A stretch of DNA of 64,000 nucleotides. It comes from Podarcis filfolensis. Lineage: Eukaryota. How positions within the stretch are numbered: position 1 is the stretch's first letter; every line of letters starts with the position of its first letter. Positions 48,401 to 61,000 of the stretch are shown here, one piece after another. The position numbers and the translations under genes were made by a program. The notes under the pieces were generated by a model. It did not search any database. It had not been told where the DNA came from and saw only the letters and a program-made list of their open reading frames with translations. Location: NCBI GenBank assembly GCA_964270895.1, contig OZ185440.1; one strand, given 5' to 3'.

Positions 48401-51400
48401 AGATGGCTTCTAACTATTTGCTCACGACATCTGTTAAATCTGACACCCATTAAGTTGATGCAGAACAAATTAGGGTGAAGCTGAACATTCTGGCAGATAT
48501 GGGACTGCCACCAAATATGACAGCCCCTCTGAGTGAGTTTCTTTCTTCCTATCTTCCCAGTAGCATCTCATGCCAATGGCAAGATGCAAGGTCATAATGC
48601 TGCAGGTTTCCCCATCCCTATTCCACACTGATGACAACGGTCAGGGCATGACATCATGTCTGCAATAATATCTAGTTCTTCACTTAGAACCAGAATGTCT
48701 AAATTAATTTCAAAACACATCGCCTGTATTATAGCTGAGTGAATATTTTCAGCTTGGAAATACTCCACCTCTAGGCCTTCAAAACTACAAAACCGCATCG
48801 GAAGACTAAAAAGATCAAAAAATCAATTTACCAGAACTGCCTGATCCTTTTCCACGGTCATTTTGGCCACCGGGCGCTGCAGAAAAACTCACATTATAAT
48901 TAGGCCTGTTCTGTGGAGAGGAATGTGGCATGCTTTGTTGGGGTTTTGTCTGTGATTGTGGCCAAGAGTATCCAGTGCCTTGTTGCCAGCTGCCTCCTCC
49001 CATTGGCTGAGGAGATGGTTTCTGTGGTGACCCCATAGGAGGAAATACTCCACCCATTCCTGTCGGTGTGCTGGGTTTGCTAGCGAAGGAAGGACAGCCT
49101 GAAACATGAAGCAAAGCATTTTGTGTTAATAATACTGCCTGTGTAATAGGAAAGCAGAATTACCAGTTGATATCTGGTAATTTCCTTACTAAGATTCAAA
49201 GGGCTGCAGGTGGACCTGGGTCCAAGCATTGAGGCTTCCACCCATCCCTTCTATGTCTGAAGGTTGGAGAAGTGTTGCAGTGCAGCACAAGAAGCAAAAA
49301 TAAAAACCTCTCAAGTCAATAAAGTCTCCAGGAAGCACTTTAGATATGCACACATAAATGTTTGGATTTCACCTACGTCTATATATTCTTTTGTATACTT
49401 GTTAACAAAATCATTTAATATACAGATTTTTACATAAATATATATAAGCATTTAAAGAAGAATATTAGTAGCATTGGGTTATAGATATATATTCCAATGA
49501 AGCATAGGGCAGGTGGAAACGACATAGCTTATATTGAAATGTGCTGCACCAGAAAACAGCAAATATGCATTTCTTGGAAGATTTGGCATAGATTAAACTT
49601 GTAAGTTCCTCAAGAGTGTAAATACTGAATATAATAGCATTCTGGAGCAGTCTACACAAATACAGATCACATATGATTACTCAACCTACTAATAATTGGG
49701 GGGGGGGGCAAAGAGAGAGAAAGAGATTACGTGTCATTCTTTTTCTCCAAGCTATCAGCAATTTGAAGGCTAAACACAACATTGTGCAAAATAAGGATAA
49801 TGGTATTTTCACTTGCAGGCAGCAATTTCTGGATCAGAATGAAAATCCAATCAACACCAATGTCCTTAACAATTTTTTTTTTTTACAGAATTCAAAAGCT
49901 TCACCCATTTGTTTTGGTAAAGTACCACCAGAACTTTACCATTTCCACCATTTCCTCTGATCACATAAATATAGTAGAAACTATAGATTATTTAAAAATT
50001 GCCTTTTTGTTGCTTGTGGGGTTTTTTTGGCTGCTTGTTTTTTTTTACTTCAGATATTAATATTCTGCATATTCAACTTCTTTTTACTTAAAATCATGGA
50101 ACCCCTTCAGTACTGCAGACTTTTCTTTTTTTTAAAAAAAGAAGAAATAGCCACAAGTTGTTGCACTACGTGACATCTGACACATTTTCTGTTTTTGATC
50201 CTGCAGAGCAGCAGAACACCAGCAGAGGGAAGCAGGACACCTAATTTCAGAACCAATGTGAGGTTTGGACACATGAAGTGGTAAACAACAGGGAGCGGAG
50301 GTAATGCAAGCTGTTATTGTTATGGTAGAAATTAGGGGGCCAAGGAGGGAAGACGGAAGGGAAGCCTATTTAGAAAAAGGAGGAAAGACAAAAGCATCCC
50401 TTGAAGAAGGTACTTGCAAACAAGGCAGTGACCTACATTTTACTCTCAGTTTTAGTACATTTTCATCCTTCCCACCCCCTCCCAGAATTTCCTACTTTGT
50501 TCCTCATCTGTATTTACTAAGCAAGGTTAACTTTTCACATACTGTTGTCAATGACAAGAAGTCAGTCCATGACTTTTAGGGTTGTGCCCCACATTTAAGT
50601 GATGCCCTATGCAAGCCACACATTGCATTGTTCACAGGACAGATCCATCTGTCTTGGATCTATCCAATTAATCATGATATATGGTTAAAATGGGTGGGGC
50701 AGGGAGAGGAAAGGCCACCTTCCCAGGGTAATTTTTTCATATATTAAAGCCTGTATTAGATATTGGAGGTTAAACCTTGAATTGCGAACACAAATATTTG
50801 TGTACAATAGCAGCCATGCACAAATTAGTGTAGCAGTTCCCTTTATTTTCCTATCACATATTAAATGTACTTAATTAGCCCAAGAGATCTTCAGTACTGC
50901 TCTTCATGTTTTGTTCAACTGACAAAAAGTTAGTGAGAATATAAGAAAAACCAAACTCAGTTCAACTTCTGCACTTTTTACTGGCTGCCTTTTTAGTTAG
51001 TTAGAAGGAGCATGATTCAGAAGTATCAGAGGAGAAAGGCTTTCTGTAAAAATAGTCAAAAAAAGTACTATAGCCTTCTGGGGTTAATTGACATAATTTC
51101 TCTCAGATATATTGCTGTAAGGCCTACTTGCAAAGCTCTATGCATTCCTGTCTTGTGAACATGGATTTTTACTATATTGCCAAGTTTTTATTTCTGTAAA
51201 CGTCACCTTGTAAATGTCTACTGTTCTGGAGAAGAACTATATAGCTCAGTGTTAGAACATCTGATTTGCAGGCAGAAGGTCCCTAGTTTAGTCTTTGGCA
51301 GGGGTAGGCAATCTAAGGCCTGTGGGCCGGATGTGGCCCAATCGCCTTCTCAATTTGGCCTGCGGGTGGTCCGGGAATCACCGTGTTTTTACATGAGTAG

Positions 51401-54400
51401 AATGTGTGCTTTTATTTAAAATGCATCTCTGGGTTATTTGTGGGGCATAGGAATTCGTTCATTTCCCCCCCCCCCCAAAAAAAATATAGTCTGGCCCACC
51501 ACATGGTCTGAGGGACGGTGGACCAGCCCATGGCTGAAAAAGGTTGCTGACCCCTGTTCTTTGGCATCGCCAGATAGGGTTGGGAATACCTGCTGTCTGG
51601 TGAGTTGCTGCTAGTTGATATAGACCATGGTCTGACTCAGGTCACATGCCACAGCATACATTTAAAGCACACAACATCCTCCAAAGAATCCTGAAAACTG
51701 TAGTTTGACCCCCCACTGAGCTATAATTCCCAGCACCCTTAACAAATTACAGTTCCCAGGATTCTTTGGAGGAAGTTGTGTGCTGTAAATGTAAAGCATT
51801 TTTGGAGGGTAGGGGGACTGGTGAGAATTTTAAAGCAATGGGGAAAGATCCACATAAGCTGAAACAGACAGGCTTGGACAATTCCTTCAGTGCTCAACTG
51901 GTAATGCCTCTATGGCCTTATTTACTTCAACACCCTTCCTGACCTGCTCTATCCTTGTTGTTTGCTAATCAAGACTGTAAAAGCCCAATGGGAGTTATTT
52001 ATGCAAATTAAGGGTTTTTCAAATTCAATTGAACAGAACCATATTTAAGATACATAGCCAGTTTATCATGAGTCTCAGCAGATCCAACACAAATGTGTGT
52101 GTTTTAAAGCTTTGTTGTAGTACTGCTGAAACCATTGTTGAATGTGTAAAAGAGGTGAGAGCTTGAAAGCATAGCTTTACTTCATGCCATCCCACAATGT
52201 GGTTCTCTCATGGTAACTATGGTGGGATCAGGCAAAGGTAAATAGTAGCCTTTCACGCATATTAAATACAACATTTTATTGAAAGTCTAATCAAGCTACC
52301 GATCTGTATTAATTGACTCAAGAGATGGAGCAGATCCTGCCTTCTAAATCTGCCAGTCTTTGCAAACAGATTTTAAAGCTCTCCTCCACTGAATCTGCCT
52401 ACTTTTACCATCTTTCTCAGATCAGCCTGCCTTTTCTCTCTCTTTCTGCTTCATAAAAAGCATAACAAGTTGAATATGCAGCAATAATATGTCAGGATCA
52501 CAGGATCAACCTATGTAGTTCTACAGCATTTGCTTGCCTGCCATGGATGGGTTTGCAAGGGCTATTCATTCCAGAGAAGCAGGCAAGTGGTTAATTGCTC
52601 CATTGTGCAATTCACTGTGGTCCTTCTTTCATTGCCTAGTGTAAAAATGCACATCTGATTGAGTAGAATGGGTAGCCAAAAACATGGACAATGTTCAGGT
52701 TTAATCTAACCTGCCAGATTTGCACCAAGAGTTCCCAAGTCAGCAAAAGGATCCAGTGTTTGTGGTTTGGCTTGATGTGTAGGTGTGCTGTGCAGTGACC
52801 CTGTAGGGCTGGTAGCAGCTGATTTGCTCCCCATACGTAGACCACCTAAGAAGAAAAAAGAGAACGCTTATAAAATATAATTTAATGACCTCAGATACAA
52901 AATTAATATAAGATTGCTGCTTCTTATCAGTTGGTCAGCTCAACACATGGACACCTCAGCAGACGTGTAATTTAGAGATAAATGATAAGTACAAAATTCA
53001 CACAAGAAGATACATTGAACAGAGCATTGAAGGTGTTCCTGCTGCGACCCAAATAACTTTTGGCAAAACTCACCAGTGGTGGCAATTTCTCAGGCTGCAC
53101 CCTCATTAAATTTTGCCATCAAATGAACAAATACTAAAGAATTTTAACTTCGTTCATGTTCTATGAAGTGGCTTTTGACAATTGTGTAAATGTAGCTAGC
53201 AGTATGAATAATATGCCAGTTTTAATAGCATACAAGCCATTTGCCATGTTTAGGCATGCACAAAGAGAGTTGGGAATCTTCGTGTGTAAAAATGTTACAT
53301 TTTGCTCAGACTTTTAAAACAAATTTGAGTAGTTCTTGCTTACAGCTTAGACTAGTTTTTTCTGTGTTATATGTTTTGTTTCTGAGGGCCAAGTTATAGA
53401 CGATATCAAATTTATCATTGCATTTAATGTGCACATATTTAATGCAAATAGCAGCTTCTGTGGAGGGTGATGATTATTGGGATCACAACAGGTAGGGAAA
53501 AGGGAGGTTAAACCAATGGGGGATTTATTCCCAATGCAAACAGCAGCCACAGAAGGCATACGTTCATCAGGACAGCAAAAGGTGAGGAAAGGGTTAAATT
53601 CCTCTCCCCTGATGTTTTTAATTATAATTATTATAATTATTAAGCATCAACCATTGGCTATTTGCATTGTTTTTAATGCATGTTAAATACAAAGACACAT
53701 TTAACTTCATAGCTAGTTTGGACCAGAGGTACAATCTTCTTGGTATCTTTGGTGTTCATGTTTTATGTTCAAATAAGAACAAATGAATTTGATAAGTTTA
53801 TTTAAGGTAACCATTAGAGGTCTCCATTTGTGCAATTACCTCATCACATAGGTTCATTTTAATGTAAAGTGGACTATTTGGAAATTAGTGGAAAGTGTCA
53901 CTGTTCATAGCCAATAGGAATGAACGTCACATAGCAAATCATCTTAAACAAGTTAGAAACTAGTTTCAGACAAACCTGATTTGCTAGGCCATTCCCAATC
54001 ACCTGAAACATCTGGCTGAATGGAAACAGATGGTGTACTAGAAGAAGCTAAACAAGAAGAGAATTGCCTATTAACATACATTGTTTATCAAAATTAAGGA
54101 AATGTCCTTCCAGTAATTCTGGATGCACATTATTTCACTATATTCATAGTTTTGACAGAACACTGGGTGCACTGGTTACTCATTGTATCAGAAATTAGTA
54201 CATGCTATTTTCCAAGCCTGGATATTAATACAGTGGTACCTCTAGTTACGAACTTAATTCGTTCCAGAGGCCCTTTCTTAACCTGAAACTGTTCTTAACT
54301 AGAGGCGTGCTTTCACTAATGGGGCCTCTTGCTGCCACTGCGCCACCGGCACACAATTTCCATTCTCATCCTGGTGCAAAGTTCTCAACTCGAGGTAACT

Positions 54401-57400
54401 CTTCCAGGTTAGTGCAGTTTGTAATCTGAAGCATTTGTAACCTGAGGCATTTGTAACTCAAGGTACCACTGTATTAGATTAAGCTTGCAGCCTGCTGGAA
54501 AATTTAGATGCACTTATACTAAGCTTTAAAATGGAGAAAAGTTCTACTGTAGCCCTCAGACAAACCCAGCCCATCTAGACCTACAGTTCATAATGACATG
54601 CTTTTTGATGCCACACAACCATATTCCATGTGTTCATTCTAAAGTAAGCACCACAGAGTTCAATGGTGTTTGTTCCTACATAAGTGTATATAGGATTTCA
54701 GTCTTTTTCAAATTTTATGGAAAAGAATACAGTCTCCCCAATAAACTTCCTCATATCAAACAATTTCATATTGTTTGGCATGTGAACAATTCGGAGCCCA
54801 TGGCTTGTTGCTGTTAACTTCAAAACATGAAAATCATATCTTAGTATTGTATATCTGAGGCCCACTAACCACTTAAGAAATTGGAAGAGAAACTATTTGA
54901 CCTTATTAATAATCTGCAAGTGTATGAAGATATGGTTATCACCACTAAACTTCTATTCAAAAACAAAAGAGTGGGCATTTGAAATATTTCCTACCCATAT
55001 TGAAAGGATCTCCTTGAACAGTAGGTGAAGGACTCCGTGCTCCTTGAAGAAAAGGATCAGTGGTGGCATTTGATGAACCAAGAAAAGAACCTAGAAGATC
55101 AGGGGCAGGCTTCTTGGGACTACTGCCAAATGGGTCAAAGGCAGCTGCTGCAAGAACAACATATTTGTTCTATTAAACGTGTATCCCATTCACCCCAAGT
55201 CCACTATTAAGCTGTGTTCCTTTACTCCAGAGCATACCCATATTACTCCTAACTGTTTTGTACATAAAAATAGGATACAATTAGGGAAGAGATTAAGGAT
55301 TTGCCATCAAATCAAGAACTATAGAAGACAAAGACTCGTGTAGAGGTATTGATTACATTGCTCCATCTTCTGGTGGAGGAAGGAGCAGGAGAGGCTGGAA
55401 TGAGAGTGACAACCTTCTTCCACACGCACGTGAAATTGAGAGTTTATGGGAGTGTGTTTAAATTTCAACTCGGGCAACCAAAAAAACAATCAAGAAGGCA
55501 ATAACTCATTGCAATAGGCAAGTTTGCTCTTGATTTGCATTTGGATCTTTCTCGTTATGTTCTGCAGCTCTCTCATTTATACCAACTGTTTCCTCCAGAA
55601 TGTACATAAATTTCACTAGCACACAAGTTCAGTGAGTTCATTCACTTTTAGCATTTCAGTACTTTCTTCTCATGTTTCCTTTCTGTTTGTGTTCACTGTG
55701 AACTAAGATATTTCTTCTTATCTTCTAAATTTAGTTAAGAGGCTAGAAGGTTTAAGGAACAGCAATTCTGACACAAAGAGGAAGCATTTAAAATGCATGT
55801 TGCCTCTTATGTACCCAGAAGGTGCCCCTGAGCTGTTGTGGTGCCATGTTCAGGTGTTCTGTCAGCTCAAGGTGAATGTGTCAGTAATGTCAGTGCACAG
55901 CAGGTTTTGTGACAGATGTTCAGAATCAGGTTGAACGGAAGAAAGTTTCACATAGAACCAAGAAACAGGAGGGGCTTTGTATCATCAGAAAATTTGGGAT
56001 AGGCATAGTGCTAAAAGGCAGGTGGCTAAAAAACAGAGAAGAGAGCAGGAGTGGGATGGCAAGTGGGAGGTAACAGAAGCCTAGGAAAATGGGGAGTGGA
56101 GCCAGGTAGAAAGAGAAGAAAATAGCAAGAGAATCTGTTAAAGGGACAGAAGCAAGTCTGTGAGGATAGCAAATAAACTTTGATAGAAGTATGGGCAGGG
56201 ACTGAAATTCATGCATTTATTAGGACTATGCAGGCATCTTTAACTGCATACCAATAGTTGTTTATCAAGGTTTTTCATTTTTAAGGACAGAATAATGTGA
56301 TGAGTTTTAATAAAAACCAGCAAATTCTAAATGTTGCAACGCACGTAAACGTGGAAAAATATGGCACATTCCCCCCCTGCAGTGCCCAGTTGCTATTGGA
56401 TCAAAACACTGACAACAACAGCACTCAATCAGTGTTGGGGGTGGGGTGAGGGGATGACGTATGACTGCTGCCAGCATGCGCTAAGGAAGGATAGGCATTT
56501 AGCATGCTGTCACAATCAGAAGCAAGCTGGCAGGTGTGATTACGTGCTAAAAACTCAGCATGTTCCACTGGCAGCCACAACATGCACTGCCTCCTTGGCA
56601 TACACTATGGGGCTGAAACAGAATTAGGTAAACAATAAGCATGGCTGTTTTGTTAGGGGGGTTTCAGAATTTCTTACAGAAAACAAGTGACCAGAATGAC
56701 TTGAGATAATAAAGGATTTGTGACTGATACAACAAGAAATTTCTTGTTTTCATAAACAAAGGCTTGAGTTCTCACAACTGTGAATGGAAGGGAGTTCACA
56801 GAAGGGGACTTTTTCATTTTCCCATTACATCTCCAACTTCCTGCACCCAGCAAAAAGGTTCTCACCTGGGTCAGGAGACTTTCCTGAGAAGTGGGGGATG
56901 GGACATCACAGGAGCACCAAGGGCAGGAGGAAATTTCCCAAATTTGAAAACATGCAGAAAGTTTTCTCCCATTAACAATTTTCAGAACCAAGCCAATGGT
57001 TACTCCAAGTTAATAATCATGAAATAATACTATCTGAATCTTGATTGTAAAAATTAGAAACTAAAATTGACAGCTTAGGCTACCGTGCTTCAGACAAGTA
57101 ACTGTTAATATAAAACAGCATTTATCTTTCTTAGAATTCTGCAGTTGTTTAAGGGTTTGTTTGTACAATCTTAATTTCACTTTGCCACATCAATTTGCAT
57201 TTTTTAAAAGTCCTCATTAATATTTGCCATCCTTTTAGTTCACATTTCTCTTGTGATACTATTTTTGCACATTTCCCCTAGTGTCATGTATGTTATTGTT
57301 AACAATATATGCATGTGGTACGCATTTCAAATGTGAACTGAACTGAGTTTCTCCCCCATTCCTAGTAGAAAGAGAACCTATTTAGAAATGATTGCCAAGA

Positions 57401-57979
57401 AATTTTTTTAGAAGGTTTTGGGTTTTTTAAGTGTCACAATTAGGAGTTTTTACCTTCTCCTACTCTTGGGGACAGAGATGGGGATGCTGAAGCTGCAGAC
57501 CGCCGTGGGGTGGATTGTGTGGATCCAGTGCCACCCATCTGAAATACATCCTCAACAGCCGACTGTCCACCTTGATTTGGTCCTCCAGAGTTACCAACCC
57601 CAAAGATATCACTCAGCAAGTCTGAGTTTGAGGGCGGTGCGGCAGGTGCTGCTGGGAAGTTCTTGCTCATAGGACTGCCTTCCAAGCCTAAAAGATCGAC
57701 ATCCTCTGGGGGTGGTGGACCTGGTGGCTCTTGATGCTTCTTGGTATGCTTTGGTGCCCCGTGGATTTTGTCACTGCTGGTGTTACTATGCTGACTGGAG
57801 AGGGATAAGAGTTCATCATCTGACTGCTCACTTTCTTCATGCACCAGTGCCGCCCGGTCCTCAGAGCTGGGATGAGAGCTGCTTCTCTCCAGTTTTTGAT
57901 CTTAGTGGTCAAAAGAAGCTCAAGATTAGCTAGTAGTTCTGTTGATCCTTCAGTGCTAGATACAAAGGGGGGAAATACC

Positions 57980-58042
<63 letters not shown>

Positions 58043-61000
58043 CCCACATGTGGAAGTAAACACTACCAGCAATAGCAACGTTTACACTTAACCCAAGTAC
58101 TTTGGGTTAAACACACAATGGAAAACACAAAATTGAAAACGCACAGTGCTGACAGCACATTGCTTTTCCAGGGGACATTATTACAGTCAACTGCAATGAT
58201 GAGCACAAAATAAGCCTGTCATGAGAACTTGGCCAGAAGTTCTATGAAGTGTGATGAGCCCATGAATACTATGCATGTCTATATGCTGGCCAGTTCTTTC
58301 CTATGAGTCAAGAAAATGCTTATGCCTTGCCATGGGGCCATGTGAACACAGCATTCCCGAGCTCCTTGGGGACAAGAAATGAGATAAGGGATAGAAGAAA
58401 ACTAGTATGTGAATTATGAGTTCTGAAAAGATATGTTACCCATACCTTGCCAGCTGAGAGATGACAAGAATGCACCCTGCCCCACATTCTTCAGGTTATC
58501 TTGTGGCGCATCTACAGGACCTCTACCTATAATGTACAAAGCGTCAAGGCATACCAAAAATGTGTGAAATAAATGGCCAACTTTGGCATTTTCATTAAGG
58601 TCAAAACTGCAGCACTAAAACTATAGAGCTTTTACCTGCCAAGGCAAGGGTGTCCTGGTGTTCCTGGTGTGATGAGAAAAGAATGCTGGGGTTGATATCT
58701 TTTGTTGTGAAGTTTTCCCATGGAGGTGTTAGATCAGTCTGTCTATCAGCAGAATCTATTTCTATCTCCAACATGACATGGAACAGCTGGGGGTACTTGT
58801 CTGATGAGTCGCATGCATCCAATTCAGGTCTAAACATTGACAGAAAGTTCTTCAAATTAAAATAAAACAGTTTGAAGATATCATGTTAAAATAAAATATT
58901 GAGCCTCCATAGGATGAGCACAAAGAAGTACTTGATATGGCTGAAATATGTCACATTCTATATATGTAAAGTAAGTTTTACAGAGTGTGACATCCTAGTG
59001 GACAGAAGCAATGACAAAATATTACCTTAGTGGGTTTTTTTTACTTTGTGCTCTCAATCTGAAGTATTTAAAATCTCAGAAGAAATTTCTGATTGCAGAT
59101 GAAGAGGATAGTTTGGATTTGTAATTCTAGTCCAAATGGGTTCAGGGAGTATTTAATAGTGATCCACAGGGAAAGGACACCTACCTTTTATTTTAGAGCA
59201 TGCAAAATGAAAGTTGATTCACATTTAACTTTCTCCCTGATAAAAAGCTATTTCAGTTCAAAACGTGTTGTGCCTCAGTGAGCAGAGTTGTATTAAAGGG
59301 CTCCTTTCTGCTACTTCAGAGATCTTGAACCAGCTCTAACATGTACAGAAGCCTTGGGCTAGATGTAGCAGATTAAATTATTGCTGTTGCCACAGCCATC
59401 CCTGTTTTAGCCCATTTAGCAGGCATTTAGCAGGCATGCTACTGTTGCTACCAGTGTTTGTCTCCTTGCTCATCATAACAGTGGTTGGCTTCTTCAGGAA
59501 GCAGGCAAAACAAGAGAGCCGTGGCTGAAAGAACTGGCATTAGCTTCTATGGTGGCTTTGCAAAGATGAGAGCAGCTATCTGCTATGGCTCTCACATGCA
59601 GGGGCTGGTTCACAGGATGCTAATTTAACCTGCCTACTTTACAGACACCTGGAGTAAGGTACCTTGCTTAGTCTTGCTGACCACTTGTGTTTTAAACATT
59701 CAAGTCATGATCTACATGACTTGTATGGATGGTCCTGCCCTGGAGCAGAGGGATAAATTTAGAGCATAATGGCCCCTTGGGCTTTACAATTAAATACTAT
59801 GGAGAGAAAGTTAAGAATTTTCACATATGAGTTTTAATCTCAACCTTAACTTCAAACACATCCTATTTTGCTACTAGGAGAAGTGGAACATTTTCATGCC
59901 AGGGAACAGAACATCTTACTCACTAGCAAAATTACAGTGTCTAGAAGGCAAGACTTCTCTAGTTTATTTTAGAATATTCCTTAATTAAGGAGCATAATTT
60001 TGTTGCATTATTAGGTAGATCTATGACAACCAGTTAAGTATACAGGCTTCTCTGTGGATTTTGTTTCTGGGCCTATGCAGGCCTTCTGCATGAAACAAAA
60101 CTCCAATGTGCCTGAAATCATGGGATGAAGCAGGAGAATGCCCGGCCTAGTATCTACAACCTTTGCTAAAGAGATTTTAAAAGCATGCATTGCTTTTGCA
60201 ATGAATTATATTAAGATAAATAGGGAACTACATGCTTCATTTACTCAAACTCCTGAGATTTCTATTGAAATAGGTGTCGCTTGATTGCATATCAACACTT
60301 ATGGGTGTTGCTGCAATAATCCATATGCAGCTAACTACTCAGAACACAGCATCATTTCTAGTCATGAGATACTTACTTATTGAATTTTAATACCGTTGTT
60401 CCCAAGGCTATAAATCCAGTGTGAAACTGAATCTGGAATATTTGTGTGTTCGTCATCTAAAAGAATACATTAAAACACAATTTTAAAATCAACCCCCCTC
60501 ACAAAAATAAAATATTTGGTGTATAGTATGCAGGTATTAGTAAGTTAGTCTGTAGCAGGCTTAAACAGTTATTTTGCAAATTCAAATCCTTCATTATAAC
60601 AAAGTATGAAAATATTGCATTGATGAAGACATACTTTTGGATCAGGGTTAGGAAATATGGATCTTTCTATTGCATTCAGTTCTTACAGTGGGGGGAGAAA
60701 CAGAAGCCCATTTGCCCTGCTTACCATGAGTACATAAAATGTAATGATATCTGAGTCATAAAACATGATGGCACTCCCTCCTAATATTCATGTGACTAAG
60801 ACACGAATGAAACATACTGCTCATGGTATAGAATTATTCTGTACAATATAGAATTATTATCATTTTTATGTTATCAGTAATAACATAAATTCTGACTTAG
60901 TTCTGCATGATCTGTCCACCCCTTTTGGAAAGGGAATGGACTATGTATAATAAGAATTTATGTGTTGTTGTCACCACATAGAGGAATATTACTTTGTGAA

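Noticed and set aside
59026-59058. 33-nt frame-preserving exon-like segment in a DNAJC6 intron ([10 protein letters not shown])
   Set aside because: The polypyrimidine tract is weak, the segment has an A8 run, and it would insert into the folded C2 domain. Likely chance.
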